From Candidatus Eiseniibacteriota bacterium (lineage in GTDB: Bacteria > Eisenbacteria > RBG-16-71-46 > CAZEPH01), in contig JBGATO010000028.1 of assembly GCA_044229145.1 (NCBI GenBank), positions 1 to 48,261 on the forward strand: a stretch of DNA of 48,261 nucleotides, written 5' to 3'. Under the pieces are notes generated by a model, which saw only the letters and a list, made by a program, of their open reading frames with translations, made no database searches and was not told the origin of the DNA. The position numbers and the translations under genes were made by a program. Each line of letters begins with the position of its first letter. Position 1 is the first letter of the stretch. Positions 26,985 to 35,837 of this stretch are shown here, in pieces.

Positions 26985-29900
26985 ATGGCCCTGGGAGAAG
27001 GACAATCCGTCGGAGTATTCACGATCACGGGGAGGATCGGGGCCGGCGGTATGGGACAGGTGTGGCGCGCGCACGACACGCGCCTCGATCGCGACGTGGC
27101 CATCAAGACACTGCCCGACGCGGTTTCCCGCGATCCGGAACAACTTGCGAGTTTCGAGCGCGAGGCAAAGATCCTCGCCGCGCTCAACCATCCGCACATC
27201 GCCACGGTTCATGGCCTCGGGCAGACCGACGACGGCGAACACTACCTCGTGCTCGAATTGGTCGATGGCGTGCCGCTGTCCACCAAGCTCGCCGCCGGCG
27301 CGTTGCCGGCCGACGAGTGCGCGGCCATCGCCGGGCAGGTCGCGGAGGCATTGGAGGCCGCCCACCAGCGCGGCGTGATCCACCGCGACCTCAAGCCCGC
27401 GAACATCATGGTGTCGCCGAGCGGTTGGGTGAAGGTGCTGGACTTCGGCCTCGCACGTCGCGCCGAGACCGCGGCGCCCGCGGTGGCCGGCGGCACGTTG
27501 GAGATGATGCCGACGATGGCCGCGGCGACCATGGCCGCGGTCACCATGGCGACGGGTGCCGGCGGCGGCATCAGCGGCGGCACCAGCGAGGTGAGCGGCA
27601 CGCCGGGCTACATGAGTCCGGAGCAGGTCTTGGGCTCGGAACAGGACGCCCGCACCGATGTCTTCGCCCTCGGCTGTGGCCCGAATCTGCTGGCGATCGC
27701 CTCGAAGATCATCGCGCAGGACCCCGACTGGGCGCTGCTGCCTGCCGACACGCCGCCGTGGATGCGCGCGCTGCTCACCTCGATGCTCGCCAAGGCCGCC
27801 GCGGCGCGTCCCGCCAGCATGCGCGAGATTCGCGAAGCCTGTTCGGTGAGCGGGTCGTCGCGCAGCGGCACCATGACGCGCATTGCCCGCGATGCCGCGC
27901 TGGCGGCGATTCCGCGCAACCTGCCCCGTGAAGCCAGCAGCTTCGTCGGGCGCGCGCAGGAAGTCGCGCAGTGCGTCGCGCAGCTCGCGCAGACGCGGGT
28001 CGTCACGCTTACCGGTGTAGGCGGCTGCGGCAAGACGCGGCTCGCGCTGCGCGTCGCCGCGCACGTGCTCGAAGATGCCAGCGCGCCCGACGGCGTGTGG
28101 TTCGTGGATCTCGGCGCGCTCTCGGACGACGAGCGCGTTGCCGACGTGACCGCGGTGGCGCTCGGCGTCACCGTCGAACACGGACAGCGCGCGATCGATC
28201 GCCTCGTCGAGTTCTTGCGCGACCGCCGCGCCTTGATCGCGCTCGACAACTGCGAGCACCTGCTCGCCGCGTGCGCGGAGCTGGTCGATGTGCTGCTCGA
28301 CGGCTGCGAAGGCGTGCGCGTGCTGGCCACCAGCCGTGAACCGCTCGGCGTGCGGGGCGAGGTCGTCCACGCGGTGCCGTCGCTCAGCCTGCCGCCGCGC
28401 AGTGCGAGCGTCGACCGAGCGACGGCGGAGGCGTGCGAGGCGGTGCAACTCTTCGTGGCGCGCGCCAGGCAGGTGGTGCCGGACTTCGCGCTGAGTGATG
28501 CGACGGCGCCGCTGGTGGTCGAGATCTGCCGGCGGCTCGATGGCATCCCGCTCGCGCTCGAACTCGCCGCCGCGCGCGTGAAAGTGCTCACGCTCGATCA
28601 GATCCGCGCCAAACTCGAAGACCGCTTCCGGCTGCTCACCGGCGGCTCGCGCACCGCATTGCCGCGCCACCAGACGCTGCGCGCGACGTTGCAGTGGAGT
28701 TACGACCACCTCGCCGAACCGGAGCGCGAGTTGTTGCACGCGCTCGCCGCGTGCGCCGGCGGCTGGACGTTGGAGGCCGCCACCGCGCTGAGCGGCGACG
28801 ACGCCGACGAGTTCGACGTGCTCGACATCCTCACGCGCTTGGTCGACAAGTCGCTGGTGGTCGTCGATCACAGCGACAACGAGCGCGTGCGCTACCGCTT
28901 CCTCGAGAGCGTGCGGCAGTACGCGGTCGAGTGCGCGTCAGCCGCCGGCCATCTCGTGCCGGCGCGGGTGCGTCACCTCGGCTTCTTCCTCGCGATGGCC
29001 GAGGCCGCGTACTGGAAGTTGTGGAGTGCCGAACAATCGACGTGGGTGCGCATCCTCGAAACCGAACACGAGAACATGCTCGAGGCGCTCGGCACCTGCG
29101 AGACGGCGGAGGAGGGCGGACAGAAGGCGCTGCGGCTGGCCGCGGCGTTGCGCGTGTGGTGGGACATCCGCGGCTACGCGACCATCGGCCGCCGCGAACT
29201 GCGCGTGGCGCTCGATCGTCCCACCGCGCAGGAGCGCACGGTGGCGCGCGCCAAAGCGCTGTACGGCATCGGCTGGCTGAGTATTCGTCAGGCGGACTTC
29301 GCCGCGGCACGCGCCGCCTTCACCGAGTCGCTCGACGTCTTCACGGCGCACGACGACAAGCGCGGACTCTCGGCGGCGCTCAGCGGTTTGGCCTCGGTGG
29401 CACGCTGCGGCAGCGGCACGCAGGACGAACTCGAGGAAGCGCGCGACTACTACGGCCGGGCGCTCGCGTTGTCGCGCGAGATCGGCGATCAGCCGAGCAC
29501 CGCCGCCAGCCTCAACAACCTTGGCGATGTCGCCCTGCAACTCGGCGATCTCGCGCGCGCCCGCGCGCTGTTCGAGGAATCCGCCGCTCTCTACGAAACC
29601 ATCGGTGAACGCGAATACCGCGCGGCCGCGCTGCACAATTTGGGCTGGGTGTGCGTGCAACTGGACGATGCCGCCGCCGCCCGGCGCGCGCTCGCCGCGA
29701 GCGTCGACCTGTTACGTGCCGGCGGCGGACGCGCCTCGGCGGCGTGGACCATCGAGTACGCGGCGTATCTCGCGCGCCGCGTCGGCGACGCCACGCAGGC
29801 GGCGCGCTTCCTCGGCGCCGCCGCCACGGTGCGCCGCGAGACCGGCGGCGCGTTCACGCCGGCCGAATCGGCGCTCCACGACGATGAAGTCGGGCACTTG

Positions 29901-30008
29901 CGTGCACCGCTCGGGGATGCGCCCTACGAGACGGCCGCCGCGGCGGGCGCCGTGCTTCCGTACGAGGCAGCGCTCGCCGAACTCGCCGGGTGGCTCGCGG
30001 CCGGCTAG
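26985..30008 (+). CDS. Ser/Thr protein kinase fused to a STAND/NB-ARC-type ATPase and TPR repeats
   Basis: Kinase motifs GAGGMG, VAIK, HRDLKPAN, DFG and GTPGYMSPEQ. ATPase motifs FVGR, Walker A GVGGCGKT, LDNCEH and LDGIPLALELAA. TPR-like SLNNLG and LHNLG. Confidence 0.9.
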   Translation: MALGEGQSVGVFTITGRIGAGGMGQVWRAHDTRLDRDVAIKTLPDAVSRDPEQLASFEREAKILAALNHPHIATVHGLGQTDDGEHYLVLELVDGVPLSTKLAAGALPADECAAIAGQVAEALEAAHQRGVIHRDLKPANIMVSPSGWVKVLDFGLARRAETAAPAVAGGTLEMMPTMAAATMAAVTMATGAGGGISGGTSEVSGTPGYMSPEQVLGSEQDARTDVFALGCGPNLLAIASKIIAQDPDWALLPADTPPWMRALLTSMLAKAAAARPASMREIREACSVSGSSRSGTMTRIARDAALAAIPRNLPREASSFVGRAQEVAQCVAQLAQTRVVTLTGVGGCGKTRLALRVAAHVLEDASAPDGVWFVDLGALSDDERVADVTAVALGVTVEHGQRAIDRLVEFLRDRRALIALDNCEHLLAACAELVDVLLDGCEGVRVLATSREPLGVRGEVVHAVPSLSLPPRSASVDRATAEACEAVQLFVARARQVVPDFALSDATAPLVVEICRRLDGIPLALELAAARVKVLTLDQIRAKLEDRFRLLTGGSRTALPRHQTLRATLQWSYDHLAEPERELLHALAACAGGWTLEAATALSGDDADEFDVLDILTRLVDKSLVVVDHSDNERVRYRFLESVRQYAVECASAAGHLVPARVRHLGFFLAMAEAAYWKLWSAEQSTWVRILETEHENMLEALGTCETAEEGGQKALRLAAALRVWWDIRGYATIGRRELRVALDRPTAQERTVARAKALYGIGWLSIRQADFAAARAAFTESLDVFTAHDDKRGLSAALSGLASVARCGSGTQDELEEARDYYGRALALSREIGDQPSTAASLNNLGDVALQLGDLARARALFEESAALYETIGEREYRAAALHNLGWVCVQLDDAAAARRALAASVDLLRAGGGRASAAWTIEYAAYLARRVGDATQAARFLGAAATVRRETGGAFTPAESALHDDEVGHLRAPLGDAPYETAAAAGAVLPYEAALAELAGWLAAG

Positions 30009-30205
30009 CGCTGTCGGCCCGAATCCGCTGCGGGGCGCCGCTCGGCTGTGGTAGACTCCCAGGCGTCACCATGATCGCTGGGTGTCCCCGCCGCCGACCC
30101 TCCACGGTCCAGGGCCGCGTCGACACGCGCCGCCTCCCCATGTCGCGGCCGCCGGCATCTCCGCACAGCTCGACCCTCAGCCTCCGCGCATCGAAAGGAA
30201 AACGC

Positions 30206-30769
30206 ATGAAGTCTGGATTCCGCCTGGCTCTCGCCACGCTCGTGGCTGCCGTGCTCGTTCCGGCCGCCGCTTTCGCCCTCATGCCAGGCTCCGGCAAGAT
30301 CGAAAGCATCGTGCCGAACGCCGCGCCCGTTCTCAACAGCCACGCCGGTTGTTTCGCCGGCCCGATCACCGTCGGCTCGATCGACAACTGGTACCTCGAG
30401 CAGGGTCACACCTACTCGATCACGCTGAGCGACGTGTTCGACTGCGCCAACAACGGCACTGACGCGACGATCATCGTCGAGATCCGCAGTGCGTCGTCCG
30501 GCTCGGTGTTCATGCTCGCGAACTGGGTCGCCCCGGGTAAGTACGCCTTCCAGTTCACGATGCCGTCGAACGCCTGCGGGCCGTTCCAGGTGATCTACTG
30601 TGTCGGCTGCGTGCTGTCCACGGACGGCATGACGGCGAACGGTTCCGGCCGCGAGGCGGACCTGTTCCCGGCGCAGTTCTTCAACAACTGCTCGTTCTAC
30701 AGCCCGGTCTACTGCTCGACGCCGGCGCCGAAGTCGACGTGGGGCACGGTGAAGTCGCTCTACCGCTAA
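30206..30769 (+). CDS. Cys-rich secreted hypothetical protein with C-terminal TWG..K.LY tail
   Basis: AAAGGA RBS and a signal peptide ending AFA-L. Ends CSTPAPKSTWGTVKSLYR. Confidence 0.75.
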   Translation: MKSGFRLALATLVAAVLVPAAAFALMPGSGKIESIVPNAAPVLNSHAGCFAGPITVGSIDNWYLEQGHTYSITLSDVFDCANNGTDATIIVEIRSASSGSVFMLANWVAPGKYAFQFTMPSNACGPFQVIYCVGCVLSTDGMTANGSGREADLFPAQFFNNCSFYSPVYCSTPAPKSTWGTVKSLYR

Positions 30770-30788
30770 ACCGCGGCTCTCGTTGTCT

Positions 30789-30829
30789 GACGCCCCGCCG
30801 GGTTCGCGCCCGGCGGGGCGTCGTCGTTT
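30789..30829 (+). terminator. 14-bp hairpin (GACGCCCCGCCGG family), probable terminator
   Basis: GACGCCCCGCCGGG-ttcgcg-CCCGGCGGGGCGTC followed by GTCGTTT. Confidence 0.7.
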
Positions 30830-30870
30830 GTGGAGTGCACCCGGCGGGCGCGCATGCCGATATCGGGAAG

Positions 30871-31032
30871 ATGGACCGATGGGTGGGATTCATGGGCGGC
30901 TTCGCCGGCGGGGCGATCGGCTGGAAGCTCGGCTGGCACTTCGGCTACTTCGCCGCCTTCTGTGTGAGCACGGTGCTGACCGGCGTCGGTGTCTTCGCCG
31001 CGAAGTGGTTCGTGCGGCGCGCGCTGTCGTGA
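30871..31032 (+). CDS. Small Gly-rich membrane protein (53 aa)
   Basis: MDRWVGFMGGFAGGAIGWKLG...GVGVFAAKWFVRR has two hydrophobic segments and gene-like codon usage. Confidence 0.6.
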   Translation: MDRWVGFMGGFAGGAIGWKLGWHFGYFAAFCVSTVLTGVGVFAAKWFVRRALS

Positions 31033-31035
31033 GGG

Positions 31036-31794
31036 TCAGCGCGGCTTCTTGAACGTCGCCTCGATGTAGGCACGGATGGCCGCGCGCGTGGCATCGCTCT
31101 TCCAGCGGGCGCGCACTTCGGCGTCGTAGCCGCGTCCCGGCGACTCGACACGTTCGCGGATCGGCGCGCGCATTTGCATCTTGGTGAGGTCGATGGCGTC
31201 GCGCCGCCACGCACTCCACGTCGTCGCGACCTCGCGGGCGCGCGCGGCCAAGGCATCCGGCGCCACCACTTCGTGGACGATTCCGCGCTCTCGCGATTCC
31301 TCGACGGTGAACGAGCGAGCCGAGAGCACCACCTCGGCGAACGCCTGCGGCGGCAATGCGGCACGCGCGATCTCCACCACCAGCGCGGGAATCGGCACAC
31401 CGACCGCGAGTTCCGCGAGGCCGATCCGCGCCGTGCCCGCCGCGGCGAGCGCGCGATCCGCCGCCAGCGCCATCACGCAGCCGCCGGCGATCGCGTGTCC
31501 GTTCACCGCCACCACCACCGGCTGCGGGAAGAAGCACAGCGCCTCGTACATCTCCTGCATCGCGTCGAGGAACGCCTCGGTGTACGACAGCGGCTCGTCG
31601 AGCAGGCGCACGAGATCGACGCCGGCGCTGAAGATCGAGCCCTCGGCGGTGACGACCAGCGCGCGCACATCGTCACGATCGAGCGCCGTGAACTCGCGTG
31701 CCAGGGCGGTGCAGAACTCGAGATCGAGGGCGTTGGCCTTACCGTGCTTGAGCGTGACCGTTGCGACGCCGTCTCGTGTGTCGATGTCGAACAT
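31036..31794 (-). CDS. Enoyl-CoA hydratase/isomerase (crotonase) family protein
   Basis: KANALD, FSAGVDL, AVNGHAIAGG and IGLAELAVG, with a GGAGG RBS. Confidence 0.92.
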   Translation of the reverse strand: MFDIDTRDGVATVTLKHGKANALDLEFCTALAREFTALDRDDVRALVVTAEGSIFSAGVDLVRLLDEPLSYTEAFLDAMQEMYEALCFFPQPVVVAVNGHAIAGGCVMALAADRALAAAGTARIGLAELAVGVPIPALVVEIARAALPPQAFAEVVLSARSFTVEESRERGIVHEVVAPDALAARAREVATTWSAWRRDAIDLTKMQMRAPIRERVESPGRGYDAEVRARWKSDATRAAIRAYIEATFKKPR

Positions 31795-32015
31795 CGTGCC
31801 TCCTCGCCTCGCGCAGTTGCTCTGAAGTCATCTCGACGGTCGCGTTCCGCAGTCTGCGTCCTCGGAGGCCGGACCATACCCCGCCGCGAAAGGCTCTCGC
31901 ATCCGCGAAGTGATGCGTCGTCACTTGACCGTTGGGCCACGCGCTGCTTGAGTAGGTGCCGCTGTCGAGCGGCCCGTTCGCGCGCCCGATTACCCTCTCC
32001 CGGAGACGACCACTT

Positions 32016-32420
32016 ATGCCGACCCTTGTCTCGCGCACACTCCGTGGCGTGTGTGCCGCCGCCCTCGCCGCCTTCCTTCCCGGAACGTTGAGCGGCTGCT
32101 TCTCCGATTCCCACATAGCCGGCGACATCGCCGTCATCATCGTCAACGGGACCGGCCAGACCGTGCACCTCATGGTGGACGGTCCGAGCTTCTCGCCGGT
32201 CTCGGTCGACGTGGCGGCCGGCGGAAGTTACGTGGAAGAACTTCCGGGCGTGGTCGGTGACATCATCACGGTCGACGCGACGGCGGGCGGGTTGAGCGGG
32301 TCCGGTGGCTGCCGGGCGGCCGCCAGCATCGTGAATGGCGGAACGGGCGAGTACGGACAGATCAACATCGCGTCCAACGGCACGTCCCTCGACGTCATTT
32401 GCAGCAGTGGCTGGCAATAG
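32016..32420 (+). CDS. Hypothetical lipoprotein (ends GWQ), paralog of 21692..22099
   Basis: GGAGA RBS, lipobox LSG-C, IVNGTG..V.L (compare IYNGTAVSL) and a shared C-terminal motif. Confidence 0.7.
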   Translation: MPTLVSRTLRGVCAAALAAFLPGTLSGCFSDSHIAGDIAVIIVNGTGQTVHLMVDGPSFSPVSVDVAAGGSYVEELPGVVGDIITVDATAGGLSGSGGCRAAASIVNGGTGEYGQINIASNGTSLDVICSSGWQ

Positions 32421-32468
32421 ACCGCCCGGCGCGCGACCTCCTGCTTCCACCCCGTCTGGAGAGCCTCC

Positions 32469-32978
32469 ATGCCAATCCTGTATCTCGTCTCCGTCTGGGT
32501 GCACATCATCGCCGCGATGTTCTGGGTGGGCGGCACACTGTTCATGACGCTGGTGCTCATCCCGCTCGTGCGGCGGCCGGAGCTGGCGGCGCTCGCGCCG
32601 CGCCTGGTGCAACTCACCGGTGAACGCTTCCGCCTCACCGGCTACGTCAGCCTCGGCGTGCTGCTCGTCACCGGCATCGTGAACGCCGGCTACCGTGGAT
32701 TCACGTGGACGAATGTGTTCACGCCGGCGCCGTGGCAGTCCTCATTTGGGCACGTGTTCGCGACGAAGGTCGCGGCCTTCGCGCTAATCCTCGTCGTCAG
32801 CGCGGTGCATGACTTTTGGATCGGCCGCCGCGCGATGGCGGCCTGGCGCGCGGCGCCTGGTTCGCCCGAAGCGAAGGCCGCCCGCGGCCAGGCAACGATG
32901 CTGGCGCGGCTGAATTTGCTTCTGGCGCTCGTCGTGGTCGCCTGTGCAGTCATGGTGGTACGGGGGATGCCAGGGTAG
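32469..32978 (+). CDS. CopD/DUF4149-like membrane protein
   Basis: WVHIIAAMFWVGG, LLVTG, K..., SAVHDF and four TM helices. Confidence 0.75.
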   Translation: MPILYLVSVWVHIIAAMFWVGGTLFMTLVLIPLVRRPELAALAPRLVQLTGERFRLTGYVSLGVLLVTGIVNAGYRGFTWTNVFTPAPWQSSFGHVFATKVAAFALILVVSAVHDFWIGRRAMAAWRAAPGSPEAKAARGQATMLARLNLLLALVVVACAVMVVRGMPG

Positions 32979-33404
32979 GCAGGGATCCCGCAACCTCAGT
33001 GTCTGGGCCGCCGCAGTGAGGCGAGATCGCGCGTGTCGAGCCGCGCGGGGACGCAGACTGCTGGCCTCGCGAATTCTTCGCCTGCCCTAACGTTCGCCCC
33101 GCGGACGCACACGACGGCCCGGCGCTGGGAGGATGCCTCCCGCGCCGGGCCGTGTCGCGTTTTCTGCCGGCGCCGTGTCCCCTGATCGCGCGGAATCTCG
33201 TGTTGGAAGTGACACCCGATGCGGCCTGGGCCGATGCCCGCCGCGGTTCCACTCCCCGGACATCCCAGCACCCGCTTGGACACGAAAGGCTCATTGATGA
33301 CTTCCGCTCTTCCCGCCGCGCGCCGCGCTGCCGCGCCGGCGCTCGTCCACGGCGCGCCGCTCCCCGCGCCGGTTCGCCCCCATTCCAACCGAAGGAGTGC
33401 TTCG

Positions 33405-35810
33405 ATGGTTCGCGTTACCCGCCTCGGCTTCGCCTGTGCGGCCGTGGCCCTGTCGTTCGTTTTCCCCGTCCGCGCCGCGCACGCCGTGTGGCCATCCGAC
33501 ACCTTTGCCGGCAATCTGCCAGTCTGCACGGCGAACGGCGATCAAAGCACGCCCGTCAGTGTGTCCGACGGCGCCGGCGGTGCGATCGTCGCGTTCACCG
33601 ACTTGCGATCCGGGTCGACCGACATCTACGTGCAGCACGTCAGCGCCGCCGGGCAGAATGTGTGGACGGCCAACGGCGTCGCCGTGTGCACGGCCGCCTT
33701 CACGCAATTCACGCCGGTGATCGCTTCCGACGGTGCGGGCGGCGCGATCATCGCGTGGGCCGACGCGCGCAACGCCGCGGTCTACGACCTCTACGCGCAG
33801 CGCATCAGCGCGGCCGGCGTCCCGCAGTGGACCGCCAACGGGGTCGCCGTGTGTTCGGCTGGCGGGGATCAGTTGCAGCCGTCGATCGTCGCCGACGGCG
33901 CCGGCGGCGCGATCATCGCGTGGAGCGATTCGCGCAGTCTCTCGACGTACGACATCTACGCGCAGCGGGTCAACGCCGCGGGCACGCCGCAGTGGACGGC
34001 GAACGGTGTCGCCGTCTGCACGGCGGCCGGCGATCAGGCGGTGCCCGTCCTCACCACCGACGGTCTCAGCGGCTGTCTCGTCGCTTGGCAGGATGGCCGC
34101 GGGGCCGATCGCGACATCTATTGCATGCGCCTTCTCGCCGGCGGTACGTCGACGTGGTTTACGAACGGCACCGCGCTGTGCACTTCGACCGGCGACCAGC
34201 TCAGCCCCGCCATCGTGTCGGACGGCGGCAACGGCGCCATCGTCACGTGGCAGGACGCGCGCGGCGGCTCCACCACCGACATCTACACGCAGCGTGTCAA
34301 TGGCTCGGGGCTGACGCAGTGGTTGTTCAACGGTCTGGGTCTCTGCACCGCGACCGGGAACCAGAGCGGCGCGGTGCTCGCGCCGGACGGTTTCGGCGGG
34401 GCGGTGTGCGCGTGGACCGACTACCGCTCGGGCACTGCAGACATCTACACGCAGCGTCTCTCGGCGGGTGGCCTCGTCCAGTGGGCGGTCAACGGGGTCG
34501 CGTTGTGCACCAGCATCTACGATCAGTACGCCGCGGCGATCGCGAGCGACGGCGCGAATGGCGCCCTCGTCGCATGGCAGGACTACCGCAACGCTGCCGG
34601 ACTCGACCTCTACGCGCAGCGCGTCAGCGGTGTCGGCGCCGCGCAGTGGGCGGCAAACGGCGTCGCGGTGTCGCTCGCCGCCTATAACCAGTCGTCGCCG
34701 AGTGTGGTGAGCGACGGCGCCAACGGCATGCTCGCGGTGTGGGCCGACGGGCGCGCCTCGGGCAGCTACGACATCTACGCGCAGCGTGTCGACCGCTATG
34801 GCTACCTCGGCGCCGAGCCGGCGATTACTTCGGTGCGCGACGTACTCAACGATCAGGGCGGCAAGGTCAAGGTGTCGTGGAACGCCAGCGTGCTCGACGC
34901 CGCGTATGACGCCAACCTGTTCGCCTACGACATCTACCGTTCCGCGCCGTCGTCACTGGCGCCGGGTGCCGTCGTCGTCCACTCGTTCTCCGAGCGCGTG
35001 GCCGCCGGCGACCACGCGGTCGTCCAACAGGGCAACGGCGCGCAGGCTATTGCGTGGGAGTACCTGGCGACGGTGCTCGCGTCGCACTTCCCGGCAGCCT
35101 ACAGCTACTTGGCGGCGACCACCGGCGACTCGGTGGGCGGTTCGAATCCGTACACGCCCTTCCTCGTCGTCGCGCGCAATTACACCGGGACGATGTACTG
35201 GACCTCCGCGGCGGATTCCGGCTATTCGGTGGACAATCTGCCGCCGGCCGCGGTGACCCCGTTCAGCGGACAGTACGCGGGCGGCGCGGCGACGCTGCAT
35301 TGGGGCAAGGCGGGCGACGCCGACTTCGCCTCGTATCGGCTGTACCGTGGTGCGACGGCGTCGTTCGTGCCGTCGCCGTCGAATCTCGTCGTCGATCAGC
35401 CGGACACCGGCTACGTCGATGTGATCGGCGCGCTCGACTACTACAAGATCGCGAGTGTCGATACGCACGGCAACGTCGGGCCGTACACGACGGTATTGCC
35501 GAGCGGCGTCGTCGGCGTCGGAGATCCGCACGCGCCGGCCGTCGCGGCACTCACGGCGTACACCGACCGCTCCGGTGCCACGCGCATTGCGTGGTCTGTG
35601 CCGCGGAGTGGCGACGTGCAGCTGACGCTGCACTCCGTGGCGGGCCGCTTGGTGCGCGAGCTGGCGCGCGGCGCGCGCGCGGCCGGCACCTACGAGACGG
35701 CGTGGGACGGCCGCGACGCGCACGGCGCGCCGGTGGCCGCCGGCGTGTACCTCGCGCGCCTGGCTACCGCCGAGCGCGTGCTCCTGACACGCGTGGTGTG
35801 CGTGCGCTAG
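33405..35810 (+). CDS. Secreted tandem-repeat (probable beta-propeller) protein with C-terminal FlgD-Ig/T9SS-like domain
   Basis: AAGGAG RBS and a signal peptide. Eight ~55-aa repeats (DGxGGA..AWxDxR...DIYxQR...W..NG..VC), then DVLNDQGG, an FN3-like region and the CTD WDGRD..G..V..GVY. Confidence 0.8.
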   Translation: MVRVTRLGFACAAVALSFVFPVRAAHAVWPSDTFAGNLPVCTANGDQSTPVSVSDGAGGAIVAFTDLRSGSTDIYVQHVSAAGQNVWTANGVAVCTAAFTQFTPVIASDGAGGAIIAWADARNAAVYDLYAQRISAAGVPQWTANGVAVCSAGGDQLQPSIVADGAGGAIIAWSDSRSLSTYDIYAQRVNAAGTPQWTANGVAVCTAAGDQAVPVLTTDGLSGCLVAWQDGRGADRDIYCMRLLAGGTSTWFTNGTALCTSTGDQLSPAIVSDGGNGAIVTWQDARGGSTTDIYTQRVNGSGLTQWLFNGLGLCTATGNQSGAVLAPDGFGGAVCAWTDYRSGTADIYTQRLSAGGLVQWAVNGVALCTSIYDQYAAAIASDGANGALVAWQDYRNAAGLDLYAQRVSGVGAAQWAANGVAVSLAAYNQSSPSVVSDGANGMLAVWADGRASGSYDIYAQRVDRYGYLGAEPAITSVRDVLNDQGGKVKVSWNASVLDAAYDANLFAYDIYRSAPSSLAPGAVVVHSFSERVAAGDHAVVQQGNGAQAIAWEYLATVLASHFPAAYSYLAATTGDSVGGSNPYTPFLVVARNYTGTMYWTSAADSGYSVDNLPPAAVTPFSGQYAGGAATLHWGKAGDADFASYRLYRGATASFVPSPSNLVVDQPDTGYVDVIGALDYYKIASVDTHGNVGPYTTVLPSGVVGVGDPHAPAVAALTAYTDRSGATRIAWSVPRSGDVQLTLHSVAGRLVRELARGARAAGTYETAWDGRDAHGAPVAAGVYLARLATAERVLLTRVVCVR

Positions 35811-35837
35811 TCAGCGCGAACGCGCGGGCGGCACGCG

